Shown here: positions 38,077 to 50,200 of the stretch, piece after piece
Layout: every line of letters starts with the position of its first letter
Numbering within the stretch: position 1 is the first letter of the stretch
Assembly: GCA_030264375.1 (NCBI GenBank)
Contig: JASCQW010000072.1
Location: 44,619,265 to 44,683,264, forward strand
Reading direction: 5' to 3'
DNA length: 64,000 nucleotides
DNA from: Carcharhinus longimanus
Lineage: Eukaryota
Position numbers and translations under genes: made by a program
Notes under the pieces: model-generated
Database searches by the model: none
What the model was told of the DNA's origin: nothing
What the model saw: only the letters and a program-made list of their open reading frames with translations

Positions 38077-41000
38077 ACAAACACTCATTCAGTTTCCAAT
38101 CATTCTTCCATTCCCACCCACATCCAAAGAGGTATTTGAGGAAATAAATAATTTCCTTCTCCAAAGAGATTTTTTTTCTAGGTTCCGCTCTGACAATCAT
38201 AGAGAACTGTATGTAGATGGTTTTAAAAGAAAGAACCCTTTTGAAAAACGAATACTTAATTTTGTATTTCTATATTGGGTCAAAATGTGAGCCACCTGGT
38301 TAACGCAGATTGCAGCATCTCCGAGCGCTTTCATTGAAATGGAGAGGATCAGTTTATTGAAAGGATGGATTCTGGGTCAGGTTAATTTTAATGACTATTG
38401 CAAAGACCCATATTTGGAATAACAGAATTTCAAATATCTTGGACACTACGTGAATTACTTGAATATTTAAATGAATAGTTACAGGATGAATCAGCATTTG
38501 ATAGTCAAATGACTGCCCGGATTAAATGCGAAACATATATATTGGATAATCTCGGCAAAATCCCGACAGATTTAGAAAGTCCTGGTTTATGGGGCCTTTA
38601 ATCCTTCGCAATGTCAGATCGGGTAGTTAATAGGTTTTCATCTCGACTCCTCTCTTGGATGTTATTCATTTGTTTTCCCATTATATGGAATACTTTCCAC
38701 AAGTTTCGAACCGCGAGTCCACCCTGCCTCAAGTACAATGTTTCATTCTCTCTCGAACAAAACAGATGGCGCTGATGTAAACAGCAGTAGACTTTAACAA
38801 AAACAGAAAATGCTGGAGAAACTCAAGAGCTCAGCTCTGTTAAAGAATCATCCGGATTCGAAACGTTGGCTCTATTCTTCCTCTACAGATGCTGTCAGAC
38901 CTGCTGAGGTTCTCCAGCAGTTTCTGTTTTTGTTTCAGATTCCAGCATCCACAGTATTTTGCCTTTAGCGTTAGACTTCATTTCCATAAACCCGAACAAT
39001 CCCATTAGAAGTTGAGACTGAATGGGGAAGTGCCTCATTTGCAGACCTCCTGCTCAAACTGACTTTAATCCTAAGAGTTCAGTCCCATCTACAGGGCTTC
39101 ATCTCCAATATTATCACTGGGGGTTGGCATTTAATCCGTGTTGATAACTGTAAGGAAACGTAACATGGTTTGCATTCTAGTGTTTTCTTTTAAAGTCGAT
39201 TCGACAGAAATTATTAATGTAATCGAACTCCGCTTTCCCCAACCCATGCCGCCCCGTCTGAGCCAGTTGCCAACTTCCCCAGGCGCGATGTGCACTCTTC
39301 TGAAATATAATTGCCCATGGAACAGCTTTTTTTTTACATCACATTTTATCGTTACACTTCTTTAATGAAGTGAGATAGTCGGCCAGGACTGCAGCAACAC
39401 ATTGAAGACATTCGCATTGGTAGCTTTACACAAGAAGGTGTTCAGGATCACATTTTCTAATTCTCAACAATTGAAATAAGGTTGGAAGTTAAGAAAATTT
39501 ATAGATGATCACAATTCATTGTGAGTCACCATCAGATCTTGTATAAGTAAGAAAATTGAGCATTTTTATATATCTTTGATTGCAGCTTGTCATTAAGACT
39601 CCTTTAGGCTAGGTACTTGAACTGTTCTCAATGTACATCAAAAGTAAACCCATTGGTAATTACCTATTGGTTCATAAAAGGCTCACAATATTTTTCTTGT
39701 ATCTTTCTTGGGGTCCTATTTGCTTAAATGCCATTTTCAAGTTAATTTCAATCATTGCAGAGTTCAAAGTAACTTCTAAAGACTTGTAAATGTCAACATA
39801 AAGGTCATCGGCAGCACAATGTCACAATGGTTAGCACTGCTGCCTCATGGAGCCGGGTTCAATTCCTGGCTTGGGTCACTGTCTGTACAGCATCTGCAAA
39901 TTCTCCATGTGTCTGCATGGGCTTCCTCCAGGTGTTCTGGTTTCCTCCCACAGTGTGCCTGAACAAATACCAGAGTATGGCGACTCGGGGATTTTCATAG
40001 TAACTTTGTTGCAGTGTTAATGTAAGCTTACTTGTGACACTAATAAATAAACTTTGAAATGATGCTCTTAATCCAGTGAAATATTTCAAAAAAAGTAGGT
40101 GTGGGTTTAAAAACAAAATAGGTAGTTTGGAAATAAAAAAAGGATCCTAGGGTTTGGTTATTAAGGATTACCTGCTGAGTTCTTTCCCCAACATTTCCTG
40201 TTTTTATGTATTATTTCCAGTATGTGCAGTATTTTGCTTTCATCTTTCTGTCTGCCGCATGGAGTGCATATTCTGTTTCTGTAGATGTATGTAGAAGCTT
40301 TCCATACACCTATGTATTATGCTGGCTTTCATGTGAAGATTTTACTTTATTAATTACTACTCAGCAAATACAAAGAACTCATGGAGACAGTAATTCTAGT
40401 TGAAGGCATACCTTATTGCCCAGGCCTGGTCCATGCACATAGGAGAACAATTTGGGGCAGCCCAAAGCATTCTAAATTGCATTACTATCAGTATACAATT
40501 ATAATTTTCAAAAATAATTGCTCACCCTTTTGCTCATCCTAGCTGGAAGTGAGCCAATCATTTTAGTATGAATCATTTATCTTCGCCAATGACATTTTAC
40601 TCTCTGGCAGCATCGGAAAATGTTCATCCCACTGTCTATTTAGCAACCCTTTATCAGGAAAATTGAACTATTGTATTCATTCAGCTGGCTGGGATGCTTG
40701 TACTTTCTAAAGCCCACACAGATACGAGTTATTTTTGCTTCATTCAGTAGCTGTAAGAATGTGGTTCTTCTCACTCAGCTGAATCCCATCATGCCTTAGA
40801 GTGTCATTAGCCAAGGTGCATGTTTTTCAAAAAATACATGTTTAAATTCTCTAATAGTGGTTGTATGTATTTCTATGCGAACTGTGCCTTTGTAACTCCA
40901 GGTACCTTGTACTTTTTCTATACTATATTCACTCTAAATTAGTTTATCTTGCTCTATTAGTCTTTTTAGTCCCAGGTTATCCTAAGCCCCTCTAACAATT

Positions 41001-41959
41001 TTATTTGACTTAGCCTGTGGAACTTGAGAAATAGGTTGGTATGATTCATGATTAGTGAGCCCCCATCTGCAGGAAGGAAGATCTAGCTGGTGTTCAATTG
41101 GCAAAAAGCAGCTTAGAGCATTTCTACTTTTCACACTGCTTACCCAGTAAACATCCTTCCACCTTGTAAGATATTCTGGAGCTCAGGAAGAAGAATTCCA
41201 GCCCTGTTATAAGTCCACCCTCCAGGTTATATCAAAGAAGCGTAATTGGCTAGTCAATCATAAGCAGTACCCTGGAGTACTGCAGAATCTACTGGCTCGG
41301 GTATTTGATTACCAGGTCTGTCACAGAGAATTGATTTGCTGCCAATGTTACACTGGCATGTGTGCCATCTTTGAGCCAACTTTACTTTGAAGAGACATTG
41401 AGCCAATGGAAGAGAATCATTGGTTGATCATTAGACAATCGACAAGTATGGATAATATGAGAAAGATCTGTACTTTCTTAAGTTTAGGGCATGTCCAAAC
41501 AGCCAGATAAACATTCTTAAAAGCGTAGAACTGTTGGAATGTAGGAAATGTAGCTGTCAATTTGTGCACTGCATGGTTCCTAAACAGCAATATTGTTTTA
41601 ACCAGATAATCAGATGGGTGAGGGATAAATATAAACTACCAGGAATTNNNNNNNNNNNNNNNNNNNNNNNNNNNNNNNNNNNNNNNNNNNNNNNNNNNNN
41701 NNNNNNNNNNNNNNNNNNNNNNNNNNNNNNNNNNNNNNNNNNNNNNNNNNNNNNNNNNNNNNNNNNNNNNNNNNNNNNNNNNNNNNNNNNNNNNNNNNNN
41801 NNNNNNNNNNGGTAGAGGCGAACTCGCTGGGGTCTTTTAAAAGACTTCTGGATGAGTACATGGGATTTAATGGGATTGGGAGTTACAAATAGTTCTATGG
41901 CTTGGTAGGTATGGATGTGATCAGCAGGACCTGTTTGTGCTGTAGTGTTCTATGGTCTA

Positions 41960-42830
41960 TGTTCTAAATGAGCCTGGGATGGGGTTGTCTGGGTTATCTG
42001 CCTCTGTGGCCTTGAGGGTGAAGATTCTCTCTGGTGAAGATCATGTATGGTCCAGATATGATGGCCTCACTAGGAGGACTGGATGCCATTGAACCACCCC
42101 CCCCCCTTCAGGAGGTTGGGGATCGAGGGGGTGTCCTTGGGGCCAGCCTGGTGGTGGCAGGCTGATCACAGGTGGGGGGCAACTGCTGCGCAATCTTCTC
42201 CAGCAATCCTTGGGAGGGACGGTACTACTGCCACTCTGCAACAGCGATCGGGGTGGGAGGAAATCGCTGCACACTCTACTCCACTAATCAGGGGGAGGGG
42301 AAGATCTCTGCACACTCTGCAACTGACAAATGGCTGGTCTGTGTGTGGCGGGGAGGGTAGGGTTGGCCGCAATCAGTCCATGCGGGGGTGAGGGCATCAG
42401 CCATCAGTGATCGGTCCGGTTTGGGTCGGTATGTGGGCGTGGTGATTGGTCTGGGCATTGGAAATGGTGATGATCAGTCAGAGTGGCGGGAGGGTGAAAA
42501 TTGGTTGCAGAGCCTATAGCAGCTGGGGGGGATTTCAGTCAGAAGGCCGGCTTGGGAGCGGGAAGGGGTGGTGAGCAGAGAAAAGACAGATCTGTGTCCA
42601 CAAATTATAGAGATCTGAGTATGCACAATTGTGCCCTCTGTTACTATCAGCCACTTTTGCGTGAGCTGGACACCGCCTACTCTCCTTGCTGGCACGAAAC
42701 TGGTTTTGTCTAACTTTTTTTTAATCAGTATCAGGTAAAATTTGATTTTAAGTCACCCAAAAAAGTGCAAATTTCTCTTGTTTTCATGCTTGTTTGGCAC
42801 TCTGAATTTTTTTGTTAAGATTTCCCCCTA
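41960..42830. mobile_element. Non-autonomous Harbinger-derived element with G-rich interior
   Basis: Mirror-type composition of the 12818 element (gggg/gatcg repeats); terminal ...aagatttccccc. Confidence 0.45.
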
Positions 42831-43255
42831 GGTCATTTTTAAAAATTGACTAAAATCTCCATTTTCTTAAATCAGCCCCCTGTGTAGCATTTAAACACTT
42901 ATCCATATTTACAAGATCTACCTTAACACCTCAACACCGCAGGGGCTGGGGTGCGTTATAATCACACTTTGATTTAACGTTTTAAGTTTCCTTTGGACTT
43001 TGGTTTTTGTTCGGGCCGTCCCCCCTTCCTTTTTGGGGGGCTGCCCCTTCTAATTTGTCCCAAAGTTAATTTGAGTTTGTTTACTCATTGGGTTGTCAAA
43101 AGAACTACCTTAATACCTCAATTGGCTTTCATTATTATCTCATTAAACAATTCAATCAATTTAGTCAGACACAATTTACCTTTCACAAATTCACATTTTT
43201 TCCTTCTCCATCGTTCCTGAATATTTGCTGACAGGCATATTATGAATTCATTCCT

Positions 43256-43276
43256 GGGCTTGTTTGAGGCATGTCT
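43256..43276. promoter_or_regulatory. Full p53-family response element
   Basis: GGGCTTGTTT-G-AGGCATGTCT: two perfect RRRCWWGYYY half-sites with a 1-bp spacer. Confidence 0.55.
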
Positions 43277-44179
43277 TTGTCAATTGTCACAATCCCAAGT
43301 AGTAACTTGCATTTGCAGCTAATAGTTAAGCTACAGATATTATCATACAAATCATTTAATACGTTCTTAATCACTCTTGTTCTTTTCCTCAATCTGTTCT
43401 CTGCAAATTCTGGAATATTGCTAATTTTACTGCTGTTTATATTTTGGTCTTGTGATTTAATTTCTGCTCCTTTCTGCTACCTGCTGGTTCCCCAAATGTT
43501 GAAAGAACTTACACGGGAAAGCTTTCAATGTTCCAAACATGTTGACATATTCTACACATTCAAATCCAGTTTAGTTTACGAGGCTTATTTGTCAGCAACT
43601 GTGTAATTCAGTTTCTTGTGTAAAGAATATTTTGGCCAAGAGCCATTGTGGTGAGATTGACTCAGTGTTCTGGAGGGAAAGTCAACATAGGTGGAAAGCC
43701 TAACCGTCCTGCAACTATTTTTCAATTTACCACTAGTTCACCTCCTACCTTCCTCCTAAATCCCAAGAAGCCCTTTTATTGTTTACTTAGAAATTCTGAA
43801 CCATAATGACAACACCTTCGGCCATACATTTATGTGACCACAAACTTCACCAGTACTGGAGCTTTGATGTCCTTGAAAGGAGATGTAAAAAACATAGTGA
43901 CATTGGACTATTCGTAGATGTGTTCTAAAGAATTTCATCCAAACTAAAGCCAACATCGACATGAGCCATTCCTTCCGTGTTCCTAATATCAATTAAAATT
44001 GGTACAGAAAGCATTGTGTCTTCTAATCAATGCCTTCAAAGTTGTCACGTGGACCTAAGAGGCACCTACAGCCATTAAGAGAAAATGGGGGAATTTATAA
44101 TTTTAAAGAATGAGTGAGTTAGAGAGCAGGTAGGTGGTTAAGAGCACTGGAATTGACAGTGGGTCAGGAAGCTAGTTTT

Positions 44180-45540
44180 TAATACTCATTCTTGGGATAT
44201 AGGTGACAATGGCTAGGCCAGCATTTATTGCCCTTCAAAGAATAATGTGGTGGTAAGCCACCTTCTTGAATCACATGTAGTGTAGGAACATCCAGAGTGC
44301 TATTAGGAAGGGAGTTCCAGGATTTTGACCCAGCAACAGGGAAGGAATGGAAATAAAGTTCTAAGTCAGGTTGGTGTTTGGCTTGGAGAGAAACTTCCAG
44401 ATCATGATGTTCCCTTATATATGCTGCCCTTATCTTCTGAGGCAGTAGAGGTTATGTGTTTCAAAGATGCTGTGGAAGGGGCCCTGCATCATCTGTATGG
44501 TACACACTGCTGCCACTGTGCACAGCAGTAAAGGGAGTGAATGTTTACTGTGGTGGATGGGATGCCAATCGAATGGGCTGCCTTTTCCTAGATGGTGTTG
44601 ATTTCTTCAGCAATTTTGAGCAGTCCACATCCAAGCAAGTGGAGAGCATTCCATCACATTACATTCCTGACCTGTGCCTTGCAATGTGGGCAGGTTTTGA
44701 GGAGTTAGGACGTGAGTTACTCTCTGCTGAATTCCCAGTCTTTAACCTACATTCGCAATCGGAGATTAATTCATGGTAATGCCATTGAATTTCAAAGGGA
44801 GATATTAAGTCTGTCTCTTGGCAGAGATGATCATTATTTGGCATTTGTGTGCAAAAATGTTGCTTGCCATTTATCAGCCCAAACCTGAATATTGTCCAGG
44901 TCTTTCTGCATATGAACACAAACTACTTCAGTATCTGACAAGTCGTGAATGGTGCTGAATATTGTGCAAACATCAGTGAATACCCACATTTCTGATTTTA
45001 TGATAGAGGGAAAGTCATTGATGAAGCAGTTGAAGATAGATGGGCAGTTGGGCCTAGGACACTACCCTGAGGAATTCCTGAAGTGATGTCCTCGCACAGA
45101 GATGATTGCTCTCCAACCACCAAAAAAAATCTTCCTTTGTGCCAGGTATGACTCCAACCAGCAGAGTTTTCCAGTTTTACTAGGGCTCTTTGTTACCATA
45201 CTCAGTTAAATGCTGCCTTAGTGTCAAGAGCAGTCACTCTCACCATACCCCTGGACCCCATGAAGTCTCATGGCTTCAGGTAAAACATGGGAAAGGAAAC
45301 CTCTAGCTGGTGGGCACATACTGTCCCCAACTCTCTTGATGGTGCAATATTCTTCTACGTTTAACGCCACTTGGAGGAAGTACTGAGATAGCAAGGGCAC
45401 AGAATGTAATCAGGGTGGGAGAATTCAATGTCCAAAAGTGGCTCAGTAGTTCCACTACTGACGAACCAGCTGAGTCCAAAAGGATATAATTGCTAGACAG
45501 GGTCTTTGGCAGGTGGTGAGGAAACCAATGAGCGAAAAAC
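44180..45540. mobile_element. LINE RT/3' end (minus, 44180-45260) with inverted endonuclease fragment (plus, 45260-45540)
   Basis: Reverse complement contains cctcagggtagtgtcctaggccc (PQGSVLGP) and gggtattcactgatg (decayed FADD). The plus part shows an endonuclease-like gggagaattcaatgtcc. Confidence 0.75.
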
Positions 45541-46247
45541 TTTATGCTAGATTATTTAAGAAAGTTAATGGCTGGATACCACCTTGTCACCACAGAATCA
45601 GAGGGCGAGGGTCAGACAACAGAAACCTCCATTGACTTAGGTAGGAATTTCTGGTCTTGCTGAAACAAAGCCATAAAATCTCACCCATTAAGCACCTTGT
45701 TTGAGACCAGCATCAGATGGCAGATTGAAATTATGCTACTATCTCATACCATTCTCTGGTCTCACAAAATGGAGCTTTAGGGCATTTTTGCACCAACATT
45801 CAAATATTAATTAAATTTTAATGTTGACGTGTATTTTTAAAGTGATTGTAAAGAAAAATTGATAACCTTAAGCTTTGCTATGTACTGCCTGAATTCAACT
45901 GCACTAAACGTAAAGCAGAAGTGACATGAGACAATCTGTGCATGTACAATTTGTGGCAATGTAAACTGAAATCACATGACACTAGTGCCAACAGTGTGGG
46001 ATAACTGGCTTGTTAAAGCATCTCCGACAAGCCTAGAGAATGTATGTATTTTCAGTTCCCTTTAAATTCCAAAGAAAAATAAATAACATTAAAAGTTCAC
46101 AAATGAATAGGTTCTCAATAGTATGGGTTTTGTTTCACTATTCGGTTCTGTAAACTCATGAGTGTGATCTGTAAGCAGTTCATAGATGGCAGCAGAAAAC
46201 TCTCATTAGATTACTCTGTCATGAGGACAAAGATTAAGGAAGGGCAA

Positions 46248-47100
46248 ATTTGATTTGATTTGATTTATTGTCACATGTATTAGCATACAGCAAAAAATAT
46301 TGTTTCTTGCGCCATACAGAAAAAGCATACCATACATAGAGAAAGAAAGGAGAGAGTGCAGAATGTAAAGTCATTCATAGCTAGAGTGTAGAGAAAGATC
46401 AGCTTAATACAAGGTAGAACCATTTAGAAGTCTGATAGCAGCAGGAAAGAAGCTATTCTTGAGTCAATTGGTATGTAGATCTCAGATTTTTGTATCTTTT
46501 TCCTGAGGAATAAGGTGGAAGAGAGTATGTCCAGTGTACATGGGGTCCGAGATTATGTTGGCTGCTTTTCCAGGTAAGTCTCGACAGAGTCAGTGGCTGG
46601 TTTGTGTGATGGACTGAGCTTTGTTCACAATCCACTGTAGTTTCCGGCAGCCTTAGACAGANNNNNNNNNNNNNNNNNNNNNNNNNNNNNNNNNNNNNNN
46701 NNNNNNNNNNNNNNNNNNNNNNNNNNNNNNNNNNNNNNNNNNNNNNNNNNNNNNNNNNNNNNNNNNNNNNNNNNNNNNNNNNNNNNNNNNNNNNNNNNNN
46801 NNNNNNNNNNNNNNNNNNNNNNNNNNNNNNNNNNNNNNNNNNNNNNNNNNNNNNNNNNNNNNNNNNNNNNNNNNNNNNNNNNNNNNNNNNNNNNNNNNNN
46901 NNNNNNNNNNNNNNNNNNNNNNNNNNNNNNNNNNNNNNNNNNNNNNNNNNNNNNNNNNNNNNNNNNNNNNNNNNNNNNNNNNNNNNNNNNNNNNNNNNNN
47001 NNNNNNNNNNNNNNNNNNNNNNNNNNNNNNNNCCGTTGTCGTAGCGTCTGCATGGTCTCCCCAATGTACCATGCTTCGGGACATCCTTTCTTGCAACGTA
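46248..47100 (-). mobile_element. LINE 3' end with (TCAAA)n tail (Rex/RTE-like), gap inside
   Basis: tttgatttgatttgatttattgtcacatgt tail; minus YSLPPYSSGKRYKNLRSTYQL. Confidence 0.65.
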
Positions 47101-47611
47101 TCAGGTAGATAGGCAGGGAAATGAGAAAAAATTGATACCTTTTTGGAGGATTGTAAATGATGGGCTAAATGTCCTCCTAAAATGCTGTAATATTCAACAA
47201 AAATTCACAGCTAGCTGTCTTGTAGTCTTGAAGATAGATAACAATTGATTTTAATGTGTCTTTTTAAAGTGTTTTTGGTATTTAGTTTGCTTCCCTATTG
47301 CACAACAGGCTTGTTGCATATGGTGGAAACAGTTTTTCAAAATTGTAAGTACAACAACATTGATGGTATTGTGAAGGTTTGTGATTTTACATTAATGACA
47401 TTGCATGTTTTTTGATTTACAATGATATTGGTAATAAAATTTTGGATACATACTATTAATTTTTAAAATATTAAATACTGCTGATAATTATAAGAGAGTA
47501 ATCTAACAGAAAGATTCATCTGGGATTGTGAAATGTGAATAACACCGTCTTACTGCTTTTTACATTCAAACTGGCCAGATCAACTGTGGGCATCAACTTA
47601 TGCTGGTATAA

Positions 47612-48095
47612 ATTATTGTCCAACAGGTTTATTTGGAATCACAAGCTTTCAGAGCGCTGCTCCTTCATCAACTGATAAAGAAATAACTTCAGCGTAGGGA
47701 GAGGCAGGATTAGATAGGGAAGTGTTCCCTGGAAATAAAAGGTTAGTCATCAACTGAATGGCCTGAGAAATTGTAAACCATAATCAGGTGATGAAGGAGC
47801 AGCGTTCCAAAAGCTCGTGATTCCAAATAAAGCTGTTGGACTTTTTCCTGATGTTGTGAGACTTCTTATTGTGCCCACCTCAGTCCAACACCAGCATCTC
47901 CACATCATGGCTACCATTGACACTGCAAACTGCCAGCTCAAAGAGGAGAGGATCTCGAAGAATATTGCGCATATTGACGCAGACATTGACTCACCTGATG
48001 AAGGCGCAGCGCTTCAAACCAAGACTTTAACCTGGTGTTGTGAAACCTCTTATTGTGCCTACCCAGTCCAACGCTGACATCTCTACATCATAAGT
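47612..48095. mobile_element. Miniature Penelope-like element: inverted repeat + repeat-ORF start-repeat, three hammerhead motifs
   Basis: Hammerhead-like cores at about 47638-47675 (-), 47784-47820 (+) and 47991-48018 (+). MATIDTANCQLKEERISKNIAHIDADI lies between the direct repeats. Confidence 0.7.
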
Positions 48096-50200
48096 AGGCA
48101 CCATTAAGTTATTCTTCTCTTGCCACCATTATTCAGTGCAGAATTCAAACTGATGTAGAACTGTGTTCAATGGTCAACAATTATCCCGAGGAGCTCCTGT
48201 GATCATTTTTAACTTTAAATTTCAGGATGGTCATACTCAGAATAGTAACGGCTCAACAGTCATGAAAAGTGACAGGTTCTAGGTTATTACCGCTGCCTCC
48301 ATGTTGCACTCTGTTCAGGCAGAGTTTGCTCACAGATGTCCACTCAGCATTCAGCTGTTTTCTTAGGAAATACTTCCCTTACTTATTTTCTTCTCTATTG
48401 TTCCTTCCTGAAGATCCAGACCTCTACTAAGTAGTCTTTTGTTTATATATGAACCTTGAGAGTGACTGTTAGCAGACTTTTTGGGCAGATATATCACAAG
48501 CAAATCCAACCTCTTCTTACTGCTAACACCCATTGGGCAGTGATCAAGAATGGGAGCCTCAATGGAATTTCCCTTCCTAACTGGTGGAGGGCACTGGAAT
48601 TATAGCAATTTCAGTGAGTGCAAATAAACCAACATGAATTGTGCATCATTATCATTTGCAAGATCACTTTGAAGAAATAATCTACATACTTTCAGCTAAT
48701 TATTAAATCACTTAAAAATAATTGCCAACTAAAACTCAGTTGGTCCCCTGAATTGGCTTTAAATGTCTAATGTTACCAAAGGAGAATTGTTCCTGCTCTT
48801 TCTTTTATATCATTAAAGAAATGAAGTTACCAACCCACTGGTGAATTAAACTTTTACGTATCTATTGCATCAGACATAAAAATAAGTCTGTATCATCTTG
48901 AATTGAGAGTATTGACAGTGGAATTGTCAATCTTGTAGTATATTTCTAAAAACAAAAGAGCTATAAAAGAAGTTGATTCAGAATCTGCAGCAAAAATTAT
49001 CTTCTATTTATAAACATGTTCAATGTAAGTAAAGTTTGATTTGTTTTCAAGGTTTAAGTAATATTCACAAAGTATTAGATAATCACTCTTCATAATCATG
49101 CACCTCATTATATCACAATTTGCCAACACAGCCTCAGAATTCATCCTTGTGTTTGCCATTGTTTTCAGATTATCTTGGAAAATATATAGTAATGGTGTAG
49201 AAATTGGGTTTAAGAATGCTGTGCATGGAACTACTCTGTAAATTGATCAGCAGAAAACTAGTGAAGTGATGGTGTTACAACAAAATCTGATTAAACAACC
49301 AACACTGGACCAAGAGTACTGCAGATCATGTGTGGAGATCAGAAAATAGGTAGGTAGCTATGGGATGTGTGTGTCGCGAGGAGTTCCTTATTCAGAACAA
49401 CACAGACGGAGAAGAGTCATTTGCAAAGAAGTTGCTTCTTGAATGCCACTGAGATTTAGTGACTAACATTTCTCTCTTTTTTGCTTTGCCTACATATGAA
49501 TGGGTACGTGCAAGATTGAAGTTGTCCCAAACCTTTAAGTTGTGAACAAGATGTTCTTGTTTAGCCTGAATATTTAGATGTTTGCATTCAATTGCATTGT
49601 GTTTTTTTTAAACCATTATAACTATCCTGAATCAGGTTACACTACAATTATGCCACCACGTCTATTCCATTATTCTAATTTCTCCAAGTGACGTGCTAGG
49701 AAAATGTTTAGGTAGTAAGCCAATATGAATTCCGTCATTCAAAAAAATCATTTCCAGAAAAGATGCTATAGAGTGGCCAGTGTGCGGGTAATGTGGTTCT
49801 CGGTCATGTCACGGCACTGGCATAATTTTGGAAAATATATTTACCTATAAGATCGCTGTCAAAGCTGGCATTGCTGAACACTAATTGCCCTGAAACCTTG
49901 TCAGTTGGTCAAGTGAGTGTATCTCTGGATCACTTGAAAGAGAAGTTAAAAGTCTACCTCATTACAGTGGAACTGCATCCAGGTAACAATGGCAGGCTTC
50001 TTGCTTATGGAATATAAATAAACAATAAATAAATAAACAACTTAAGATTTTACAGATTAATGGTCCCATTTCTGTAGATGGTCCCACTTCTTGAGACTTC
50101 TTTAGAAACAGAATTCAAATTCTTAAGCAGGCACAGTGAGATTTGCCTTCACATTCACCAGATTATCGGTCTCAGAATTATTTACCTATGACATTGCCAA

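Noticed and set aside
41487-41496. Single p53 half-site GGGCATGTCC
   Set aside because: Isolated half-sites are expected many times by chance in 64 kb.
43271-43606. 111-aa hydrophobic ORF starting within the p53 element
   Set aside because: T-rich DNA gives hydrophobic translations by chance. No signal-peptide/CRD architecture or splice support.
45880-46010. Cysteine-containing stretch (TICAC) as a TNFR repeat
   Set aside because: Interrupted by stops, no consistent frame or splice sites.
49170-49349. 180-nt segment flanked by cag and gtaggt as a possible receptor exon
   Set aside because: Stop codons in all three frames.
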